Origin: Octopus sinensis
Taxonomy: Eukaryota
Direction of reading: 5' to 3'
DNA length: 64,000 nt
Assembly (NCBI RefSeq): GCF_006345805.1
Contig: NC_043020.1
Location: 19,344,001-19,408,000 of the forward strand
This document shows, in pieces, positions 38,204-51,614 of this stretch. Position 1 is the stretch's first letter; each line of letters begins with the position of its first letter. A program made the position numbers and the translations under genes. The notes under the pieces are model-generated. The model did no database searches, had not been told where the DNA came from, and saw only the letters and a program-made list of their open reading frames with translations.

Positions 38204-38425
38204 GGCGGCGAGCTGGCAGAAACGTTAGCACTCCGGGCGAAATGCGTAGCCGTATTTCGTCTGCCGTTACGTTCTGAGTTCAAATTACGCCGAGGTCGAC
38301 TTTGCCTTTCATCCTTTCGGGGTCGATAAATTAAGTACCAGTTACACACTAGGGTTGATATAATCGACTTAATCCGTTTGTCCTCTCTGTGTTCAGCCCC
38401 TTGTGGGTAGTAAATAAATAGGTAT
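38204..38425 (+). mobile_element. SINE-A monomer, young copy
   Basis: GGCGGCGAGCTGGCAGAAACGTTAGCAC...GAGTTCAAATT. Confidence 0.9.
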
Positions 38426-39367
38426 TATCTCAGAATTGTAAGTTTGTTGCGATCACACTCTTCGAACAGCGCATAACCAATGTGTTAAGTAAAGAGAATT
38501 GTTTCTAGGCGGGAATGGAAACGTGGACGCGAGATCATTTCAGACGGAAACACTAAACTAAAATATCTTATCTGCTCGACAGAAACCCACATTGCAAAGA
38601 ATTTCTCGTTCAACAAGAGAATATCTTCCGTACGGTTGGTCTGTTTGGCAAAGGAGGAAAATCACAATTTGTTTCGCGACAATGTCGAAATTTATTTCGC
38701 GCTATAACCTTTTGTACGGTTGCCATATCAATAGCAATACCGATATTAATATCGTTTATAACTTCCTTCCAGGCAGCAATGCTTTGTTTATGGAATACGT
38801 GCTTATAATTTACACGGGAAAACCTCGGCGAATTTTCATTATTTTTATTTTCACCGTCATTAAAGAAATCTTTTTCTGGCAATTCTGTCTGCGGTTTCAT
38901 TCCCCGTTGGCAATGTGAGATTAATTGTGAAGCATCTTATTGATTTTATTAAGTCATTCGTCCACAACTGTGTAATTCCAACCCGCAGTGTGGTCATTGG
39001 AGTTTTATAATTGATCTCCCCAAGTGTTTCAAATGATTTTCAGAGGTTATGTTGCAACTATTTATAAAAACTTCAAAAGCGCCAAAATATTACACACACG
39101 CACGCACGCAAGCTCACTCGCACACACATGCACACACATACACACACGCGCGCGCGCGCACTCATACACACATACAATACATATACATATATATTACACA
39201 CACACATATATATATGTATATTACGCACGCACACATATATATGTATATATATATAGTATATATATATATATTATAATGTATATGTATATATATATATATA
39301 TGTATATATATGTATATGTATTATATTATATGTATATATATGTATAATATGTATATATATATATATG

Positions 39368-39419
<52 letters not shown>

Positions 39420-40199
39420 TATATATACATACATACATACACATATACATAGGCACACGCTCACGTACACGCACGCACGTAGAAAACATATATTACTTAT
39501 ATATATACATAAATACACATGCATATTAGAACACGCATACTGATCAGTTGAGATATATCTATGAATGTGTGTGTGTATGTATGTATGTATGTATGTACGT
39601 GAGAGGGCCCGGAAGATTATGTCTACTTTGGGTTCTAATGGAGTAATTTCCACTGCCGCCAATTCTTTCATTCTTCACTCGTCAACACCTCCCCGGCAAC
39701 CATCTCGCCACCACCACCACCACCGCCGCCACCGCCACCATCACCAACATCGTTACATCTGTTCAAATTATGATGGAAGCCAGAGACGAAAATGATTGCA
39801 CATGCAACAATCAGTTACTTAAACTAATAAATAAAAGAGGAATTAGTCCAGTCCTGTTGACCAGCCAATAGTAACTGGCCGTGTTGCACTGAAATTGGTG
39901 ATCGACCAAGTGTATAATTGAGTAGAGCTTTCTATCTAAAAGTACGAGGTTCGTATCCGACCAGCATTCAAATCACCTCGGATAGCATTCTCTGTGGCTA
40001 CTTTCTTGCTTCTTTCGACATGAATCATGTCGGATGATTCACTAATTCGTCGATAATTGGTTGATTTTATTAGTTGTTTGTTTGATTGATTATTTATTTG
40101 ATTGTTTGTTTGTTTGTTGTTTGTTGGTTGGTTGTTTGGTTAGTTAATTGGTTGTTTGATTGCTTTGTAGTCGCTTGTTTGAATGGTTGGCGGTTAGGT

Positions 40200-40360
40200 G
40201 GATGCATAGTTGCTTAATTGGCTGCTTGGTTGGCTGATTGGTTGGTTGGTCAGTTGATCGGTCGGTCGGTCGGTTGGTTGATTGGTCGGTCGGTTAGTTG
40301 GTCGGTCGGTCGGTTGGTTGGTTGGTTGGTTAGTTGGTTGGTTGGTTGGTTGGTTGGCTC
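40200..40360. repeat. (GGTT/GGTC)n tetranucleotide repeat
   Basis: Direct reading; (AAAG)n follows at ~40547-40610. Confidence 0.9.
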
Positions 40361-40548
40361 TAATATAAAGACTGTCAACTGTTGGGCGCAAGAGCAGACA
40401 GCAGGTTCCATCCTTATTGATAAACGAAATAAATAAATAACAGCAGAAATAAACGAAAATGAGTCCACACAAGAGCTCCTACGTGGTCGCCTAAATATCT
40501 AGAAATAGCAGCCATATCTTACTGAAATCATATTCTATGTCTGAATAA

Positions 40549-40608
<60 letters not shown>

Positions 40609-42270
40609 AGGAAAGTAAGAATGAAAGGAAGGAAAGAAGGAAGAAAGAACAGTTGCAGGCACAGCTGTATAGTTAAGAGGCTAGTTTTAACCACGTGGTT
40701 TTGAGTTCAGTCTCACAGCGCAGTACCTTGGCTTCACGCATGCGTAGAATTCTACTCAGACAAACATTTATGAAAATATACACATAAATAAAACCGGTAA
40801 AACTTCATTAAAAGGCATCCATTTCTCTATATATTATGAGGAAATATAGTCACTCGCTCTCTCTCTCTTTCTCATGCACACGCTCATGCATATACACGCA
40901 TACAAAAAGATGTATGCATATGTATTTATGTACGTGTAAATGAAAGATAATGTGTGAGAGAGAGAGAGAAAGAGAGAGCAAGAGAGTGAGAAAGTGAGTA
41001 CCACTTACACACACATGCAAAAAATACATGACCACACACCTTCACTCACTCACTCTTTCTCTCACGCACTCACACACATACACACAAGCACACAAGCACA
41101 TACACATGCACACACATCTATTTCATATATACGTACATACATCTTTCACTTTCTCCCCTCTTTCTTTTTCTACTCTCACTTCAAAGCAAATGTCGCCTTT
41201 TCACTTTCTCATCTCTTTCAACACACACACACATGCACACACACGCACGCACAAAGTACGCACACACTCACACACACACTAGATAAAACTTTTGTACGAA
41301 TTGTTATTTCTTGTTGTGTACACGTGCAAAATTACAGCTCAAATCTAATTGAAATTACCTTTTTCAATTCTGTAATTTGTGTTTCAGATTAGGATTTCGC
41401 CCCCAAAACACGTTGTCAATATTTTAATCTTCTCCCTCTCCACCCCAATTTCTTCATTCTTTCCTTTTTCCAAATTTTTTTCTTGGTAAACCACGGAGAA
41501 AAAAAAAAACAGAGAGTACAAATCTTTAAGAATTTTCTTCTTCCTTCTTTCTTAAAGAAGTACTAAAATCTTTCACAAAGATCCACCCATCACCTCACCA
41601 CTTTCAAAAAGCTGCAAACTCCCAATGTTCCACTTTTAACTTTTTAGAAGGCGGGGAAGTTTCTTCAGAAATAATGTCGTTTACCTGTTGTTTCTAGCAT
41701 GACGGGTTTTCTGGTGGTGGGCTGGTATATTTTATGCCTGCTATTTCATGCCTGAAACAGCTGACGAAAATGAAACATTGGGAGGTTTTAACTTTTTGAA
41801 AGCGGGTAGGCGATGGGTGGTGAGGTGAGGGAAGGGGCATTAAGTGTTTCTTTAAGAAAAATTAAACTTTAAAAAAATATTCATATTTCCCAGATTCGTA
41901 GTCTCTGTATTTTTCTACATGGATAAAAAAAAATTCGAAAAAAAGTCAGAAATTAAGAAATTGCGGTGGGGACAGGAAAAAACTGGAGTTTTGAAAACGT
42001 GATTTCTGGGCAAAATCATATTAACCTCCCATTTATACGATGAAACAATACATAATTTGTGGTCCTTCTTAGGAAGAGAAAGCATTTTCATGCAAACCCA
42101 TGCAAATTGTACCCTCTCCTCCTTCACTTTCAAAAAAACAATAACTTCCATTACGCCAGTGATCCAGTTCACTATATATCAGCTGTGCCGATTCTGCCCA
42201 TAAGAAAGGAACAAATAATACAATGTGGCTGTAGGTCGTAACACTCAGGCATCACCGAGATGCATTGCTA

Positions 42271-42308
<38 letters not shown>

Positions 42309-42361
42309 AGTGTGTGTGTGTGTGAGTGTGTGTGTGTGTGAGTGTGTCTGTGTGTGTGTGT

Positions 42362-42362
42362 G

Positions 42363-42452
<90 letters not shown>

Positions 42453-42519
42453 TAGATAATAGATAGATAGATAATAGATAGATAATAGATAGATAATAGA
42501 TAGATAGATAGATAGATAG

Positions 42520-42588
<69 letters not shown>
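42362..42588. repeat. (GATA)n array
   Basis: Direct reading. Confidence 0.95.
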
Positions 42589-42589
<1 letters not shown>

Positions 42590-44495
42590 TAAAACTCTTT
42601 GTCTCTCTGTCTGTTCCCAATGCATTCTCGAACTGCTCGACCAAATCAAATCAAATTTTACAAGGTAATAGTATCAGACCCTATAACTGTTAACATGTAA
42701 TTTTCTTTTCATTTGGCACTGGTTCGGTATTACATGTCAAAAGTGAAAGAATAACATCTATATTGCAATGTGATATAATATTGTTTCTCTTTTATTCATT
42801 CGCTTTTAATTCTAATGTGATAAGACTATAATATTGTTTCACTTTTATTCTTTCAATTTTAATTCTAATTATATCCTAATGTGAACAACACTACGCATCG
42901 GCAACTTTCTGTCTTCATGGCCACGACAGAGGAATAGTGTGTCAGTGTATGTGTGTTAACGAATGGCTGGAGGTGAAACTCTTGACAAAAAACAATGAGG
43001 TGGCAGGTCCAAGGTATATAAAAATACACGTTCAATTACCGCAGCAGTTGCAAGTTTACCGTTAAATTAGCAGTTCATACATGTGCTTCTATTTGGTTAA
43101 TTTGCTTCTATTTGGTTAATTTATGCTGCATACAAAAGTAAAGACATACTACATACATATAACTGCTTACAATAATAGAGATTACTGTATAATTTCTTCT
43201 ATGTTCATAATTTTTGGTTTACAATATTGAAAAAATTATGCCACCAAAGAAAAGACGTAATCTCTGTATAGACAAGTATAAAGCAGGGAGGATTATAGAA
43301 AACCGAAGGCGAGAGTTTCGAAAGAAAGAGATGAGACTTACCCAAGATCAGCAAAGGCATGCTGCAGTACATCAAATAGAGTCTCAATACAGAAGCGAGA
43401 TGAGACTTTCTCAACATCAGCAAATTCATACTGCAGCACATCAAATGGAGTCTTAAGAGAGAAAGGAGATGAGACTTTCCTAAGATCAGCGAGAGCATGC
43501 TTCAGCACGACAAATGGAGTCTTAGGAGAGAAGCGAGATGAGACTTTCTCAAGATCAGCAAATGCATGCTGTAGCACTTAATACTGAATCATTATAGACA
43601 GAGGTCCAATGGAATAGCTCTCAGAATCAGACTACGAACAAATGCGTTCTTCACAACTTCTGGAGTTACTTTCAGATACGATCCGTCCCATTCCTATAAA
43701 AACGATAATTTTGTCTAAACTGGTGTGCTAAACTCAAATGGTCATTTCTGCAAAGCATTAAAATTTCCAAATGAAACTAATGGCATGCGCTACTCAGGCA
43801 GTAAGGTAAGATTGCCAGTACTACCAACTCCTCTTCAACCTCTTATGGATCTTCTGGAAGGCAATTCCTTCCAGTCACAGGATTTTCTGAACAATACAAT
43901 ACAACTCAGCATTTCAAATGATATCGTTTGGTGCATCTAAGGAGATAGCCGAACATGGATGTGTGCTGATGTGCAAAGTTCAAGAGCAAGTCTATCACCT
44001 CGTTGGTTCCCTGTTACCCGCAAATTAACAACCACAGTTCCTACAAATTTACTTTATGAGTGATGTAGGACAACAAACCAGAAAAACGTGTCAAACTTTT
44101 TACGATTGGTCATGTTAGACGCTGCACCGATGCCGCAAAGGAGAATATATCCACTGACAGCTTTTTGGTGCTTTCAAAAATCACACACCTCCCAGCTCCA
44201 ATTTCCATGACAGAGTAGGGCCTGAAGTACTCAAAATAGACATCACTTAGTTGAATTAGCCCATCATTTACTCCACAAATGTTTTGCCACCAACGCTGCA
44301 CTTTCCCATATTACCTGTTTCAATCTAACTGTAATATATATAACTGTCTAATATATATATATATATATATTATATATATAGATATATATTATAATATATA
44401 TATATTATATTATGTATGTAATACATATATATATATATAGTGTGTGTGTGTGGGTTTTTTTGATTTAATCCGAGCAACGCGGGTAACTCTGCTAG
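42585..44495 (+). mobile_element. Internally deleted Helitron (Rep N-terminal region plus 3' hairpin/CTAG end)
   Basis: HFCKALKFPNETNGM..GSKVRLP, YNSAFQMISFGAS, KVQEQVYHLVGSLLP and PQFLQIYF at 43725-44060; 3' end CCGAGCAACGCGGGTAACTCTG-CTAG|T (CTAG 44492-44495). The 5' boundary is inferred. Confidence 0.85.
43328..43577 (+). repeat. 69-bp (23-codon) tandem repeat, ~3.6 copies, in the Helitron N-terminal coding region
   Basis: GAGATGAGAC starts at 43328, 43397, 43466 and 43535; translates EMRL(S/T)QDQQRHAAxHQMES. Confidence 0.9.
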
Positions 44496-44618
44496 TTATG
44501 TTATATATATGTATATAAATATATGTATTTATATAAATATACGCATATATATGTGTGCGCATTCTCACGTAAGATAGCGCAATACACACACATATACATA
44601 CAAACGCACACATACTCA

Positions 44619-44661
<43 letters not shown>

Positions 44662-45280
44662 AACCACACATCAAAACTTTCTTGACCTTTACGAGGAAGT
44701 ATTAAATTCCTTTAACGAATTTTGCAGATCAAAAAGAGTTTGAGGAGAATGGCTGATTGGAGGAGAGAGAGGAGGGAGGGGAGAGTGAGAAAGGGAGAGA
44801 GGCAGATATACAGAGAGTGATAATAAGAGAGCAAGGGAAAGAGAGTGAGACAGATGGAGAGACAGACAGACGGGCAGACAGGCAGACAGGCAGACAGAAA
44901 GAATCACAGAAAAACTGTGACAAAGATTAAGATGCAGACACCTTCAGAAAGGAAACAGACAATTGAATGGACCGGAAGAGAGAGAGAAAGAGGGTGAGAG
45001 ACAGAAAGAAAGAGAGAGAGAGAGAGAGAGAGAGGTGTGTGTGTGGGACAGACCGACAGATAGAAAGAGATAGAGACAGGGGGACAGAGAGAAACAGAGA
45101 AAGAGAGATAGGAAAAGAAAGAGGGTAGAGAGAGAAAATAGAGAGGAAGAGAGAGAAAGAAAGGAGAGAGAGGGGAGGGGAGTCTGAGTAAAAGTGAGAT
45201 AGACAGAAAGCGAGTGTGTGTGAATGTGTGTGTGTGAATGAAACAGGAAATGCTACAAGAGAGTGTGAGTGAATGTCAGA

Positions 45281-45344
<64 letters not shown>

Positions 45345-45429
45345 TAGCGAGCAGAAATTGAGCAGAATAAAAGAGAGATAGAAGTGGGTGTGAAGACTAG
45401 AGTTGGAATGGTTGAGAGATAAAATGAAT

Positions 45430-45590
45430 TAGGGTCAAATCTATGGTAAGAAATTAAGAGAGATTTCTTCCCTTTCTGTCGAAGAGCTTCGGCTCGAAAC
45501 ATCAAAAAGTTTCTCATTCTTTCCGTGTGTTAAAACAAATACACTTGCTTGTTGTTTCTTCACCTATCTTCGTCTTTTGTTTTCTGTAAA
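45430..45590 (+). mobile_element. Penelope-like unit with HHR motif 45473-45506 (core CUGUCGA, stem II capped by cUUCGg)
   Basis: TTT-CTGTCGA-A-GAGC(TTCG)GCTC-GAA-ACAT-C-AAA. Confidence 0.6.
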
Positions 45591-45595
45591 TTTGA

Positions 45596-46187
45596 AGTGG
45601 CTGTGTGGTAAGTAGCTTGCTTATGAACCACATGGTTCCGGGTTCAGTCCCACTGCGTGGCACCTTAGGCAACTGTCTTCTACTATAGGCGCAAGAGTGG
45701 TTGTGTGGTAAGTAGCTTGCTAACCAACCACATGGTTCCGGGTTCAGTCCCACTGCGTGGCATCTTGGGCAAGTGTCTTCTGCTATAGCCCCGGGCCGAC
45801 TAATGCCTTGTGAGTGGATTTGGCAGACGGAAACTGAAAGAAGCCTGTCGTATATATGTATATATATGTATATATGTGTATGTGTGTGTGTTTGTATGTG
45901 TGTTTGTTCCCCTAGCATTGCTTGACAACCGATGCTGGTGTGTTTGCGTCCCCGTCACCTGGCAGTTCGTTAAGGGAAACCGATAGAATAAGTATTGGGC
46001 TTACAAAGAATAAGTCCCGGGGTCGATTTGCTCGACTAAAGGCGGTGCCCCAGCATGGCCGCAGTCAAATGACTGAACCAAGGAAAAGAGTAAAAGGGTA
46101 AAGCGTATAGCCTCGGGCCGACCAAAGATTTGTGAGTGGATTTGGTAGACGGAAACTGAAAGAAGCCCGTCGAATATATGTATATAT

Positions 46188-46238
<51 letters not shown>

Positions 46239-46460
46239 ATGTGTGTGTGTGTGTGTGTGGGTGTGCGTTTGTGTGTCTGTGTTTGTACCCCCAACATCGT
46301 GTGTTTACGTCCCCGTAACTTAGTGGTCCGGCAAAAGAGACCGATAGAATAAGTACTAGGCTTACAAAGAATAAGTCCTGGAGTCGATTTGCTCGACTAA
46401 AGGCGGTGCTCCAGCATGGCTACAGTCAAATGACTGAAACAAGTAAAAGAGTAAAAGAGT
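45596..46460 (+). mobile_element. Tandem SINE-B copies (duplicated head, full copy, 3'-half copy)
   Basis: GTGGCTGTGTGGTAAGTAGCTTGC head at ~45597 and again at ~45698; tails at ~46090 and ~46455. Confidence 0.85.
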
Positions 46461-46941
46461 AATATACATACATATATATACATACACACACACATACATA
46501 CACGGTAGGAAGCTTGCCAGTGTGCCATGCAGTGGCCGAAGGGGTCACTGTAAGGCACCTTGGGCAAGTGTCTTTTGCAATAACCTCGGGCCGACCAAAG
46601 CCTCGTGAATGTGTCATACATTTTCAAATGTTTTTCTTACGTTAAAAGTTTCCCCACTAAAATTTCCAAGGGTGTGCTGAAAATAAAATTTGAAAAATCT
46701 CCGTGAAAACGGGGAAAATGCAAATTATGTGAGCGTGTTAATTGGAAACTCCTTCATGCCATTCTGTGATGAAAATTGCCCGGTAACGACGAGATACTCA
46801 GCCAATGTGTATGTGTGTGTGTGCATGTATGTGTGGGTGAGTGCGCGTGCGCGTACACTCACATACATACATATATATGTGTATATATATATATATACAT
46901 AAATATATATATATATACGTTATTATATATATACATTTATA

Positions 46942-46992
<51 letters not shown>

Positions 46993-47411
46993 ATATAACA
47001 TAGGGCTTTTTTCAGTGTTCGTCTACCAAATTCACTCACAAGGCTTTGGTCGGACCGAGGCTATAGTAGAAGACATTTGCCCAAGGTACCACGCAATGGA
47101 GCTGAGCCCGGAATCATGTAGTTAGTAAGCAAACTACTTACCACACAGCCGCTCCTGGCCTGCACACACCAATTCTGCGCCTTCACACACCCAGTCGCTA
47201 TATAATATATATATTATATATATATATATATATCGCTATATATATATATATATTATATACTATATATATATATATATATAATATAATAATATATATATAT
47301 ACATACACACACACACACATATTAATTGATTAATTGATTAAAACTGCACTCTTTATTCATTATCAAACTAAGTATGGAATTTCACTTATAAGGTTCGTAT
47401 GTCATTCAGTA

Positions 47412-47637
47412 CATTACCTATTTCTTTACTACCCACAAGGACTAAACACAGAGAGGACAAACAAGGACAGACAAACGGATTAAGTCGATTACTGCGTAAC
47501 TGGTACTTATTTAATCGGCCCCGAAAGAATGCAAGGCAAAGTCGACCTCGGCGGAATTTGAACTCAGAACGTAACGGCAGACGAAATACCGCTAAGCATT
47601 TCGCCCGGCGTGCTAACGATTCTGCCAGTTCACCGCC
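47412..47637 (-). mobile_element. SINE-A monomer
   Basis: Reverse complement of 38204-38425; another copy at 49262-49496. Confidence 0.85.
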
Positions 47638-48659
47638 CTTTCCAGCTCCCCGCCCTTGCCAGCTTACCGCCCTAACTGTTCAGTACATTACCATAATGTC
47701 ATTCAGTACATTACCATAACGTGATTATCCGAATTCATAGGATTGGCCCATTGATCCCGTAGCTGATTTCATATTTTAATTATGTGAAATAAACTGACTG
47801 AAACTATTCGTAATTGTCTTTCTATAGGTAAACATCCTTGTCAACTGATTACGTAGGCTTAGTGTAGACAATATTGTGCTGAAGAGGTCTAATTGACATG
47901 AATATCTTCATAGTTGTCCCCCTTGCTTGCAAACAAAGATCAGACCATCCTTCTCTTAAACCTGTACCTCTACTTTTTGTCTTCTTTCAGTTTCACTTTT
48001 TGAACTGCAGTCATCCTTGAGCACCTCCTTCGAGAGTTTTGTTGAACAAACCGACATCTGTACTTACTATTTTATATCTGGCACTTATTCTATCAGTCGC
48101 TCTTGCTGAACGGATAAGTTATGTGGACGTAAATAAACCAACACCGGTTGCCAAGCAGTGTTGCGGGGGTGGGGGTGGCAAATAGAAGCAGAAATACATA
48201 GACAAGCATATGTGTATAGACATATGCAAGCTTCCGTACAGTTTCCATCATACAAGGTATTGGTTGGCCCGGGGCTATAGTAGAAGACACTGGCCCAGGA
48301 TGCTGTACAGTGAATGAACCCGAAGCCTCGTGGTTGCAAAGCGAGCTTCTCAACCACAAAGGCATTCATGGGCCTATAGCGTAAGTATAAACTGTAAAAA
48401 CATATTCATGTACAAGCACATACAGTAATATCTGTATATTATATAGGCGCAGTCGTGGCTGTGTGGTTAGAAGCTTGCTCTCCAACGACATGGATCCTGG
48501 TTCAGTCCCACTGCATGGCACCTGGGCAAGGGTCTTCTACTATAGCTCGGGGTCGACCAAAGCCTTGTGAATGGATTTGGTAGACAGAAACTGTAAGAAG
48601 CCCGTCGTATATATGTATATATATAATATATATAATATATATATCTATATATATTATAT

Positions 48660-48699
<40 letters not shown>

Positions 48700-48704
<5 letters not shown>

Positions 48705-49210
48705 AGAATTCACAAAAAAAAAACAAAAGACGAAGACAGGTGGTGTAGACAACAAGCAGATGTATTAGTTTAATGCTCGGGAAGTGAAAAAGTCTTTAAC
48801 GTTTCGAGCCTGCGCTCTTCCACAGAAAAGAACACAGAAAGAAGCAAAAAGTACAAAAAAAAAATTTTAGAAAGTGCAAAGAACTTAAGAAAATTTCAAG
48901 AGGTTCAAAAGCTTCGAACATCGTGATGTATTGGAGCGATTTCTCATCAACAGAGGAGTCTAGCGTAATCCATGGGAAGGAGAGGTGCAACGGAAGTGTA
49001 CGGGCAGGAGAAGTGCAGCTGAAAGTCCAGGTAGAGAATCCAGGTAGAATAGTTCAATGTAGAAGGTGTAAAAGTTCGTTGGGTAATGAGGAGACTGGAT
49101 CAACTGGTACGACCACGTGAGCGTGTAATATATGGGGAGAATTTCACAAAAAAACCCCCAAAAAGACGAAGACAGGTGGTGTAGACAACAAGCAGATGTA
49201 TTAGTTTAAG
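48700..49210 (-). mobile_element. Mini-Penelope-like element: partial pLTR (49210-49130), degenerate ORF-end fragment, full pLTR with HHR (48830-48793)
   Basis: Direct repeat GGAGAATT(T)CACAAAAAAA...GACGAAGACAGGTGGTGTAGACAACAAGCAGATGTATTAGTTTAA at ~48703 and ~49136; HHR TCTTTT-CTGTGGA-A-GAGC(GCAG)GCTC-GAAACGTT-AAAGA. Confidence 0.65.
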
Positions 49211-49512
49211 GCTTTGTTAACGGTTGTCAAGCGGTGGTGGGGGAAAAACAGGCACAAAGATATACCTATTTCTTTATTACCCACAAGGGGCTAAACATAG
49301 AGGAGACAAACAAGGACATACATAGGTATTAAGTCGATTATATCGACCCCAGTGCTTAACTGGTACTTAATTTATTGACCCCGAAAGGATGAAAGGCAAA
49401 GTCGACCTCGGCGGAATTTGAACTCACAACGTAACGGCAGCCGAAATACCGCTAAGCATTTCGCCCGACGTGCTAACGATTCTGCTAGCTCGCCGCACAA
49501 AGATATACCGAC

Positions 49513-49592
<80 letters not shown>

Positions 49593-49593
49593 G

Positions 49594-49679
<86 letters not shown>

Positions 49680-50466
49680 TGGACGGTACATAGGGTTACT
49701 CAGGGTTTCGCGTCCATAAGCGTTTAGCTTTACATATGCCCTATCAGACCCTAACAGCCGGCTTCTTTCAGTTTCCGTCTCCCAAATCCACTCACAAGAC
49801 TTTGGTCGGCCTGAGGCTATAATAGTAGAAGGCACTTTCTCAAAGTGCCACGCGGTGGTATTGAACACAAGAACATGTGGCAAGGTAAGCATGGCTTTTA
49901 CCACACAGCCACACCTGCGTCCATATTAACATTTGAAGATGCTTAGATGCATATCTACATTCACACTCACATATGCGCGTTCATATACCCACAAAGAGCA
50001 CATCATTTGCGGATGTGTGTGTGTGAGTGCGTCCGTGTGTGTTGTGTGTGCGCACGCGTGTGAGTGAGCGAGTAACGTGATCGATATTGTGTAAGCATAA
50101 AATGTCTTTGAGGTTTCGTGAAGAGGTTGTATTATGAGTGAATCGAGAGAAAAGTAGTCGAGAAGTCATGTTGAAACGTTCAAACGTAATCAAGTGTTAT
50201 TGTGAGAAAGAAGTGCTGTAGTTTACTGGTCATCATGGCTGCCCATCTCTGGCCCCCACTTCCTTCACTCTTTCTCTCTCTCTTTTCCTCTCTCTTTCTC
50301 TCTCTCTTTCTCCTTCTCTCTCTTTTTCTCTCTCTTTCTCTCTTTCTCCTCTCTTCATAAACGCATAAACTCGTGCGCATGCACATATACACACACACGC
50401 ATAAACATACACACACACTTTATTGTGTATTGGCCAACCGATCTAACAGTTTTACCGCTTCTCGCG

Positions 50467-50504
<38 letters not shown>

Positions 50505-50610
50505 CATATGCATGCATGCCTGTATGGATGGATGGGTGGATGGGTGGGTGGATGTGTGGGTAATTTATAATTGTATGTTCGTCATACGTACTTATGTACG
50601 CTTGTATATG

Positions 50611-50651
<41 letters not shown>

Positions 50652-50732
50652 ATTTTGATTTTGATTTTGATTTTTCCAGTTTCAGCTAATGAGCTGTGGC
50701 CATGCTGGGGCACCGCCATTTAAAGAATATTC

Positions 50733-50801
50733 TGGAGATGCCGGGGATCGAACCCGGGGCCTTTCGCATGCAAAGCGAACGCTCTACCACTGAGCTACAT
50801 C
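50733..50801 (-). tRNA. trnA: tRNA-Ala(UGC), lacking the first three G residues of the acceptor stem (probable pseudogene)
   Basis: GATGTAGCTCAGTGGTAGAGCG-TTCGC TT TGC AT GCGAA-AGGCC-CCGGG TTCGATC CCCGG-CATCTCCA; D, anticodon and T arms are intact; no CCA. Confidence 0.85.
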
Positions 50802-51194
50802 TTTTATTCTTTTATTCTTTTATTTGTTTCAGTCATTTGACTGCGGCCATGCTGGAGCACCGCCTTTAGTTGAACAAATCGATTCCAGGACTTAGGCGTA
50901 GCAGCGCTTTCTGTTTGTTTTCATTGTCCTGTTTGTGTTACCAATTTTGACGCTCCGCCAAATCCTAAATTGCGAGAGCAACTGTTTTATCGAAAGCGTA
51001 TCCTGTTGTTAAATGCTCGAAATACGAGACTAGAAAAACAGCCAACAACTGATGAAGGGTCGTTCTTTGTGGCGTTTGTCCTGTTTTCCATATATGTCTT
51101 TTGTTGTTCGAAAAAATAGTTCATATTCCATGTACTCGTACTTAGTATTCTTTGTTGTTGCACACGTTTCGTGACGTCCTGTGCATATATATAT

Positions 51195-51574
51195 ATGTGG
51201 TAAGTAGCTTGCTAACCAACCACATGGTTCCGGGTTCAGTCCCTCTGCGTGGCATCTTGGGCAAGTGTCTTCTGCTATAGCCCCTGGCCGACCAATGCCT
51301 TGTGAGTGGATTTGGTAGACGGAAACTGAAAGAAGCCTGTCGTATATATGTATATATATGTATATGTGTGTGTGTGTGTGTGTGTGTTTGTCCCCCTAGC
51401 ATTGCTTGACAACTGATGCTGGTGTGTTTACGTCCCCGTCACCTAGCTGTTCGGCAAAAAGAGACCGATAGAATAAGTACTGGGCTTACAAAGAATAAGT
51501 CGCGGGGTCGAGTTGCTCGACTAAAGGCGGTGCTCCAGCATGGCCGCAGTCAACTGACTGAAACGAGTAAAAGA

Positions 51575-51576
<2 letters not shown>
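51195..51576 (+). mobile_element. SINE-B
   Basis: Very similar to 45700-46090; inverted partner at 52010-52560. Confidence 0.85.

Positions 51577-51614
<38 letters not shown>

Noticed and set aside
43328-43577. Regularly spaced repeats as a CRISPR-like array
   Set aside because: They are contiguous 69-bp coding tandem repeats without unique spacers, in a eukaryotic Helitron context.
44110-44301. VMEIGAG resembling a methyltransferase motif I
   Set aside because: The frame is closed by a stop just upstream and other motifs are absent; kept only as a possible Helitron passenger.
51010-51065. GCTCGAAA...CTGATGAAGGG as a permuted (type II) hammerhead
   Set aside because: No pairing could be found for stems I and III.
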